From Parasynechococcus marenigrum WH 8102 (GTDB lineage Bacteria; Cyanobacteriota; Cyanobacteriia; PCC-6307; Cyanobiaceae): a stretch of 32,000 bases of DNA. How positions within the stretch are numbered: the first letter of the stretch is position 1; each line of letters opens with the position of its first letter. The notes under the pieces are model-generated. The model saw only the letters and a program-made list of their open reading frames with translations, searched no databases and was not told where the DNA came from. Positions 26,228 to 32,000 of the stretch are shown in pieces. The stretch is from the NCBI RefSeq assembly GCF_000195975.1, contig NC_005070.1, forward strand, positions 1,140,001 through 1,172,000. Direction: 5' to 3'. Both the position numbers and the translations under genes were made by a program.

Positions 26228-27565
26228 ATGCCCAGCGCCAAAGGTTTGCGCGGCGTTCTGCGTTCAGGTCCGCTTCTGCTGATGCTGGGGCTCGGGGGCA
26301 TGGCCGTTTCGATGGCGGGTCCAAGCCTTGGTCTGACGGGGGCGAGCGGCGGTGCAATCACCGATAGCCCCAAGGAGGTGATAGATCAGGTTTGGCAGAT
26401 CGTGTTCAGGGATTATCTCGATTCCACCGGCGCCTACAGCGATGCTCGCTGGCGTCAGCTGCGTAAGGATCTGCTTGCTAAGTCCTACGCCGGAGACGAA
26501 GAGTCATACGAAGCGATCCGAGGGATGTTGTCCAGCCTGGATGACCCCTACACGCGCTTTCTTGATCCCAAGGAATTCAAGGAAATGCGGATCGATACTT
26601 CAGGAGAGCTGATGGGGGTCGGTATCCAGCTGAGTTTGGATAAGGACACCAAGGAGCTGATCGTTGTGTCCCCGATTGAGGGGACGCCGGCATCCCGTGC
26701 TGGGGTTCAACCCAAAGACGTGATCGTCAGCATTGACGGTGCCCCCACCAAGGGGATGACCACCGAGGAAGCGGTCAAGTTGATCCGCGGACCGGAAGGA
26801 ACAGAGGTCATTCTGGGACTTCGTCGCAAGGGTGTTGTCCTCAATGTTTCTCTGACCCGTGCGCGGATCGAAATCCATGCCGTCAAAAAAGCCCTGAATA
26901 CTTCAGCTAACGGCAGTAAGATTGGCTATATTCGATTAAAACAATTCAATGCAAATGCATCCCGTGAAATGCGGGCGGCAATTCAGGACCTCGATGAGCA
27001 GGGTGCTCAGGGATATGTCCTTGATCTGCGCAGTAATCCGGGCGGACTTCTTGAGGCCAGCATTGATATTGCTCGTCAGTGGTTGAACGAGGGGACAATC
27101 GTCAGCACAAGAACGCGGGAGGGAATTCGGGATGTGCGACGGGCCACCGGTAGTGCCATCACCGACAAGCCAATGGTTGTGCTGATTGACCAAGGATCAG
27201 CAAGCGCGAGTGAAATTCTTTCTGGTGCATTGCAGGAGAATAAGCGAGCTCAACTCGTCGGTCAAAAAACCTTCGGTAAAGGCCTTGTTCAGGCTGTTCG
27301 GGGATTGTCCGATGGCTCAGGGATGACAGTGACGATTGCCAAGTATCTCACTCCAAATGGCACTGATATCCATAAAAACGGAATCAAACCTGACGTTGAG
27401 GCTGCAATGTCGGAAAAAGAGATGAAAGATTTCAAGATTGAAAATCTTGGAACCTCGAAAGACAGTCAATACCGTGTTGCTGAAACAACCTTAATAAAAG
27501 TACTCAGAATGCAAAAAAACGAGGCTTACAGGCCTGGAAGCGCCAATCTCAAAGCTGCTTTGTAG
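26228..27565 (+). CDS. ctpA: carboxyl-terminal processing protease (S41)
   Basis: Signal peptide, PDZ-like GVGIQL...VVSPIEGTPASRAGVQPKDVI, catalytic region LIDQGSASASEIL and GKGLVQ. Confidence 0.85.
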   Translation: MPSAKGLRGVLRSGPLLLMLGLGGMAVSMAGPSLGLTGASGGAITDSPKEVIDQVWQIVFRDYLDSTGAYSDARWRQLRKDLLAKSYAGDEESYEAIRGMLSSLDDPYTRFLDPKEFKEMRIDTSGELMGVGIQLSLDKDTKELIVVSPIEGTPASRAGVQPKDVIVSIDGAPTKGMTTEEAVKLIRGPEGTEVILGLRRKGVVLNVSLTRARIEIHAVKKALNTSANGSKIGYIRLKQFNANASREMRAAIQDLDEQGAQGYVLDLRSNPGGLLEASIDIARQWLNEGTIVSTRTREGIRDVRRATGSAITDKPMVVLIDQGSASASEILSGALQENKRAQLVGQKTFGKGLVQAVRGLSDGSGMTVTIAKYLTPNGTDIHKNGIKPDVEAAMSEKEMKDFKIENLGTSKDSQYRVAETTLIKVLRMQKNEAYRPGSANLKAAL

Positions 27566-27582
27566 AAGCGAAGTCAAAAAAA

Positions 27583-27747
27583 TCAGGCGACCGGTTGCAT
27601 CAGACCGCCACCACCGCCGCCATTGGAGTCGTCATCATCAGAGGCCGGCTGAAGCAGGGCATACAAGCCAAGAGCAGCAGTGCAGACCAACCCGCTGATG
27701 AGTTGCAGTGGGAAACCACCTGCGTTGAGATCAATGATTTCTCCCAT
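27583..27747 (-). CDS. unlisted 54-aa small membrane protein (MGEIIDLNAGGFPLQLISGLVCTAALGLYALLQPASDDDDSNGGGGGGLMQPVA)
   Basis: Hand-translated ATG ORF with one hydrophobic helix and an acidic/Gly tail. It fills the ctpA-mfd intergenic gap. Confidence 0.45.
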   Translation of the reverse strand: MGEIIDLNAGGFPLQLISGLVCTAALGLYALLQPASDDDDSNGGGGGGLMQPVA

Positions 27748-27824
27748 GCTGCAACCGTCACTTGAGTCAATGTAACGAAGATTTGCGCAGCTGTGGAAAT
27801 TTTCTCAGAAATGCGACTACGCCC

Positions 27825-30800
27825 TCACACCTGTAGCACCGCCTCGTTTCGTTGCCCCTCCGCCTCCAGACGCTGCGCTTCGGTGGTTCCGTCGGCATCG
27901 GGAATCTGCGCCGCCATCAATCGCAGCCACTCCATCAACTGCTCGAGTTGCTTGTCCATCGGCAGCACCCCAAGCCCTCGAGCCATCACCTTGTGTTGAA
28001 GGGCCTTACCGCTCTGGTACACCAACCGACCATGCAGGTGTTGAGGTAAGCCCTGCCGAAGCAGCCGGAACGCTGGTTCCTCCATTGGCGTTTCCAGCAC
28101 GATGTTGGGTTTCTCCGGTTTGATGCGGGCGACACCGCAACGTTTGGCCAGCAGTTTCAACTCCATCAACTGCAGCAGGGATTGCACCGCCGCCGGCAGC
28201 GCCCCATACCGATCGGCCCAACCGGCGGCCAACTCCACCAGGGCCTCGCCGGAGCGACAGTCGGCCGCAGCGCGATAAGCGGCGATTTTTTCATCGGGAT
28301 CCGTGATCCAGTCCGCGGGCACAAACGCTGTAACGGGAAGGTCAACCTGTGTGTCGTCGACACTGGGAATGTCCTGGCCCTGAATCTCTGCCAGGGATTC
28401 CTGCAGCATTTCCATGTAGAGGTCAAAGCCGATGGTTTCCATCTGGCCGCTCTGCTCCACGCCGAGCAGGTTGCCGACTCCACGGATCTCCATGTCGCGC
28501 ATGGCCAGCTGGTAGCCACTGCCCAGTTGTGCGAACTCCTGGATGGCTCGCAGTCGTTGCCTTGCGTTGTCACTGAGCGAACCATTGCCGGGATAGAACA
28601 GCCAGGCATGGGCCTGAATGCCACTGCGCCCCACACGACCCCGCAGTTGGTAGAGCTGGGCCAATCCGAAGCGGTGGGCATCCTCGATCAGAATCGTGTT
28701 CACCCGTGGAATGTCGAGTCCGCTCTCGACAATGGTCGTGCAGAGCATCACATCGGCTTCTCCTGCGTTGAAGGCCACCATGGCGCTCTCCAGTTCACCC
28801 TCCGCCATCTGGCCGTGGGCCACCAGCAGCTTCAGGCCGGGCAGCATCTCCCGCAGTCCGGCGGCCACGTCCTCGATGCCCTCCACCCTGGGCACCACGT
28901 AAAACACCTGTCCCCCGCGATCCAGTTCCTGGCGGATGGCACTGCGCACCGCTTCCGGATCCAGGGCTGCCAGGTGGGTTTTGATCGGACGACGCAGTGG
29001 CGGTGGTGTGGTGATCAAGCTCATCTCCCGCACGCCTGACAGGCTCATGTACAGCGTTCTGGGAATCGGTGTCGCCGACAGGGTGAGAACGTCGACGTCC
29101 TTGCGGAGCACCTTGATCTTTTCCTTCTGGTTGACGCCGAAGCGCTGTTCTTCATCGACCACCAGCAGACCAAGCTGTTGGAACGAGGCCCCTTTGCCCA
29201 AGAGCTGATGGGTGCCGACCACCGCATCGATGGTGCCTCCCTTGAGGCCCTCCAGGATCGTCTTGCGTTCCGATGCTGTGCGAAAGCGGTTCAACAGCGC
29301 CACCTTGATCGGATACGGCGCGAAGCGTTCACTCAGGGTGCGCCAGTGCTGCTGCGCCAGAACGGTGGTGGGGGCCAGCATGGCCACCTGCTTTCCAGCC
29401 GTGATCGCTTTGAAGATGGCGCGGATGGCCACTTCCGTCTTGCCGAAACCAACGTCTCCGCAGACCAGGCGATCCATCGGCTCCGCCTTCTCCATGTCGC
29501 GCTTTACATCGGCGGTGGCCTTCAGCTGATCCGGCGTCGGTTCATAGGGGAACGATTCCTCAAGCTCGTTCTGCCAGGGACCATCACTGGGGAAGGCGAA
29601 GCCATTGGCCTGATGCCGCTCCGCGTAGAGCTTCACAAGGTCCATTGCCACCTTGCGGACCGCTTTCTTGGCTCGCTCCTTGGCCTTGGTCCAGGCAGCA
29701 CCGCCCATCTTGCTGAGCTGTGGCGGCGTTTCACTGGTGGCCCGGTAGCGGCCGAGACTGCCCAGTTGATCCGCTGCAACGCGCAACAGTCCGTCGGCGT
29801 ACTGCACCACGAGGTAGTCGCGCACATCGCCTGAGACGGCCAACTTCTCCATCGCTTTGAACCGTCCGATGCCGTGGTTGCGATGGACGACGAAGTCGCC
29901 TGGCCGCATCTTGTTGGGGTCCACCGTGCGGCTGGCCGCCTTGCGGCGACGTCGCACGTAGCCACTAGAACCCAGGGTCTGTTGGCCGAAGAACTCACGG
30001 TCGGTGACCAGAGCTAGGCGCCAGGCCGGTAGTTGCAACCCCTCCAGCTCCGCCGTGCCGGCGGATTTCAATGCAACGGGCGTGTTCTGTTCAATCAGCC
30101 TTTCAATCGCCGGCGCATCTGCTGGATTGGGAACGAAGCGGCCGATGCAGTCGTGTTCCTCCAGCAAGGCCACCGCCCGGCTGGGTTGAGCAGAAATCAA
30201 CCAGACCGCGGTTTTCTCCTTCTGAAATCCTTTGATGAGCTCGCCGAGTTTGCCGAACTGATTGGGATACGCCGGCATCGGACGACTGGCGAGGTCAAAG
30301 CTGTTGGGATGGCCGTCCTCCTCCAGCAGCTCTGCCATGTCAAAGCCATGGAATGCCTCGGCCAGGCCATAGGCCTTGTCGATCGTGCGCTGCAGAACAG
30401 CTGGCCAGAGCAGATCACGTTCCTCCTCCGATAGGCCCAGTTCGCTGGCCATGTCGCTGTAGTGGTCGATGGCGTGATCCAGCCACTGCTGGCCGTGGGC
30501 GACTCCGTGACGGCGCTCATCGATGACCACCGCAGCGGAGGCCGGCAGATAGTCGAGCAGGCATGCAGGTTGTCCCCAGGCCAGTCCCATCAGGCGTCGT
30601 AACCCCTCCGGCGTGCCTCCCTCCAGCAGTTCTTCTGTGGCTTCGTCCCCCAGCAAGCGATCCAGCCCTTCCGGCATCGACTCCCGCAGCTGATCGGCCA
30701 CCAGGGGGCTAAAGCCCGTGGGGGTGAGCTGCAGGCGATCCACCGGGTCCAGTGAGCGCTGGGTGGCTGGATCAAATTCTCGAAGTTTGTCCAGCTCCTC

Positions 30801-31403
30801 TCCGAAGAACTCCAGCCGCACCGGCAGTTCGCTGCTCACCGGATAGATGTCAACGATGTCGCCGCGTCGGCTCCAGGTTCCTTCCTGGTCGATGGTGGAC
30901 ATCCGTTCGTAACCGAGGCGAGCCAAGGTTTCGGCTAGCTCGTCCAGGTCGAGCTCGTCACCCTTTTTCAGGGTGCGACAGGTGGCCTCGAGTGCCTGTC
31001 GCGGTGGCAGATGGGGTTGAAGACAGCGTTCGGTGGCCACGATGGCTTTCCCCGCTGGATCGTCGGTTCCAATCAGGTCACTCAGCACCTGAAGCTGTCC
31101 CCAGATGATTTCACTGGTGGGATCGAACGGTTCGTAGGGCGATCCCTCGCTGGTTGGGTACAGACTCGCGCTGCTCCACCCCATCAATTCCAGAAGCGCT
31201 GTCCAGCGACCGGCTTCCTCCAGGGTCGGCACCACCAACAGCAATGGCCTTCCTTCTTTTTGTGCCAGGGCGCTCGCCACGAGAGCACGACTGATCCGAC
31301 CGGCCCCCCGCAACAACAGCCGTGCATCACGTTCGGTGCGCTGCAGCAGTTCGCCAGTGAGGGCTGCTGAGCGCAGCTGTGTCACCAGGGAACGCAGGGG
31401 CAT
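27825..31403 (-). CDS. mfd: transcription-repair coupling factor
   Basis: 1192 aa. Helicase motifs GDVGFGKTEVA and VVDEEQRFGV, an RNAP-interaction region, and TRCF-typical length. Confidence 0.92.
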   Translation of the reverse strand: MPLRSLVTQLRSAALTGELLQRTERDARLLLRGAGRISRALVASALAQKEGRPLLLVVPTLEEAGRWTALLELMGWSSASLYPTSEGSPYEPFDPTSEIIWGQLQVLSDLIGTDDPAGKAIVATERCLQPHLPPRQALEATCRTLKKGDELDLDELAETLARLGYERMSTIDQEGTWSRRGDIVDIYPVSSELPVRLEFFGEELDKLREFDPATQRSLDPVDRLQLTPTGFSPLVADQLRESMPEGLDRLLGDEATEELLEGGTPEGLRRLMGLAWGQPACLLDYLPASAAVVIDERRHGVAHGQQWLDHAIDHYSDMASELGLSEEERDLLWPAVLQRTIDKAYGLAEAFHGFDMAELLEEDGHPNSFDLASRPMPAYPNQFGKLGELIKGFQKEKTAVWLISAQPSRAVALLEEHDCIGRFVPNPADAPAIERLIEQNTPVALKSAGTAELEGLQLPAWRLALVTDREFFGQQTLGSSGYVRRRRKAASRTVDPNKMRPGDFVVHRNHGIGRFKAMEKLAVSGDVRDYLVVQYADGLLRVAADQLGSLGRYRATSETPPQLSKMGGAAWTKAKERAKKAVRKVAMDLVKLYAERHQANGFAFPSDGPWQNELEESFPYEPTPDQLKATADVKRDMEKAEPMDRLVCGDVGFGKTEVAIRAIFKAITAGKQVAMLAPTTVLAQQHWRTLSERFAPYPIKVALLNRFRTASERKTILEGLKGGTIDAVVGTHQLLGKGASFQQLGLLVVDEEQRFGVNQKEKIKVLRKDVDVLTLSATPIPRTLYMSLSGVREMSLITTPPPLRRPIKTHLAALDPEAVRSAIRQELDRGGQVFYVVPRVEGIEDVAAGLREMLPGLKLLVAHGQMAEGELESAMVAFNAGEADVMLCTTIVESGLDIPRVNTILIEDAHRFGLAQLYQLRGRVGRSGIQAHAWLFYPGNGSLSDNARQRLRAIQEFAQLGSGYQLAMRDMEIRGVGNLLGVEQSGQMETIGFDLYMEMLQESLAEIQGQDIPSVDDTQVDLPVTAFVPADWITDPDEKIAAYRAAADCRSGEALVELAAGWADRYGALPAAVQSLLQLMELKLLAKRCGVARIKPEKPNIVLETPMEEPAFRLLRQGLPQHLHGRLVYQSGKALQHKVMARGLGVLPMDKQLEQLMEWLRLMAAQIPDADGTTEAQRLEAEGQRNEAVLQV

Positions 31404-31465
31404 GGCGGGACGGAATCGGCAAACGCTGATCTTCGCAATAGGGTGCGACCAATCGCGTCAGCACC

Positions 31466-31702
31466 ATGCCGCGCTACCGCTGTCCATCTTGTTGCTGTGG
31501 GCCGGCCGTGGTGTTGAAGCCACCAAGGGGCGCGCTGCCGGTTTGTTTCCGTTGCGGCGAGCTCATGGAAAAGCAGCCACTCGTCCGTCCTTTCCCGTTG
31601 GTGGTGCTTGTTGCTGTGGGCAGTGTTTTGGTGATGTCGTCCATTCCCTTGATGCAGGGCCCGACTCCACCTCGACCGATCAATCCAGAGCGAAGCGCAT
31701 GA
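31466..31702 (+). CDS. small zinc-ribbon plus transmembrane protein (78 aa)
   Basis: CPSCCC...CFRCG pairs followed by the hydrophobic helix PLVVLVAVGSVLVMSSIPL. Confidence 0.5.
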   Translation: MPRYRCPSCCCGPAVVLKPPRGALPVCFRCGELMEKQPLVRPFPLVVLVAVGSVLVMSSIPLMQGPTPPRPINPERSA

Positions 31703-31722
31703 TTTAAGACGTTCAAATGATT

Positions 31723-31748
31723 AGTGATTGAAAATCACTTTTGTTTTG
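31723..31748 (+). terminator. AT-rich intrinsic terminator
   Basis: AGTGATT-GAA-AATCACT hairpin followed by TTTGTTTTG, about 20 nt after the stop at 31702. Confidence 0.5.
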
Positions 31749-32000
31749 TGTGCTTCGTCGAAATAAACATCTCTAAAACTTTTTCATGTCTAACGTTGAA
31801 GGGCAGTCAGTCCTTGGCATACGGCATGCAGAGGATCGAATATCCATGCAATGCTTTGATGCCGTCAGCAAGCTGTTTGTGGGCAATGTATGTACTAGAA
31901 CCTAACGAAAGTTGTCGTTGCGAAAAATGGAGACTCTTAAGGTCGGACCGTCGCTGGCTATTGGTTCACTTCCAGCTGGAATCAACTCTGTTGCCCATTG

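Noticed and set aside
1-32000. CRISPR arrays, rRNA genes, IS elements with terminal inverted repeats and a transposase.
   Set aside because: I found no regularly spaced direct repeats, no rRNA-like sequence, and no transposase-like ORF on either strand.

Overview
High-GC chromosomal segment (two sampled 60-nt lines: about 65% GC in the core, about 35% in the island). Its gene content looks like a marine Synechococcus-type picocyanobacterium: nrdJ, prfC, hslO, rsmE, phnCDE, ispG, ctpA, mfd. All calls come from reading the ORF translations and sequence by eye; no searches were run.

Most of the window is ordinary core genome. Three things stand out:

1. **Split sigma factor gene.** A roughly 6.0 kb AT-rich insertion (about 12112-18131) splits a sigma-70-family sigma factor gene into two collinear halves. 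The N-terminal, region-2 half is 18434->18132. The C-terminal, region-3/4 half is 12111->11665.
   - Cargo: two translationally coupled operons of small unknown ORFs, an orphan radical-SAM enzyme with a Cys-rich C-terminus, an HNH-like nuclease, and tRNA-derived sequence fragments.
   - It also has a roughly 1 kb non-coding, repeat-rich right arm.
   - It has no recognisable recombinase. This is my best candidate for an undescribed system: a gene-interrupting element with unknown mobility and an unknown cargo module.
2. **Integrase next to tRNA-Ser.** At the left edge a tyrosine integrase sits next to tRNA-Ser(UGA). Sequences resembling that tRNA's anticodon stem-loop recur inside the sigma-gene island and at its junction.
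3. **Interrupted hydrolase.** An SGNH/GDSL hydrolase gene downstream of phnE carries a single in-frame TAG.
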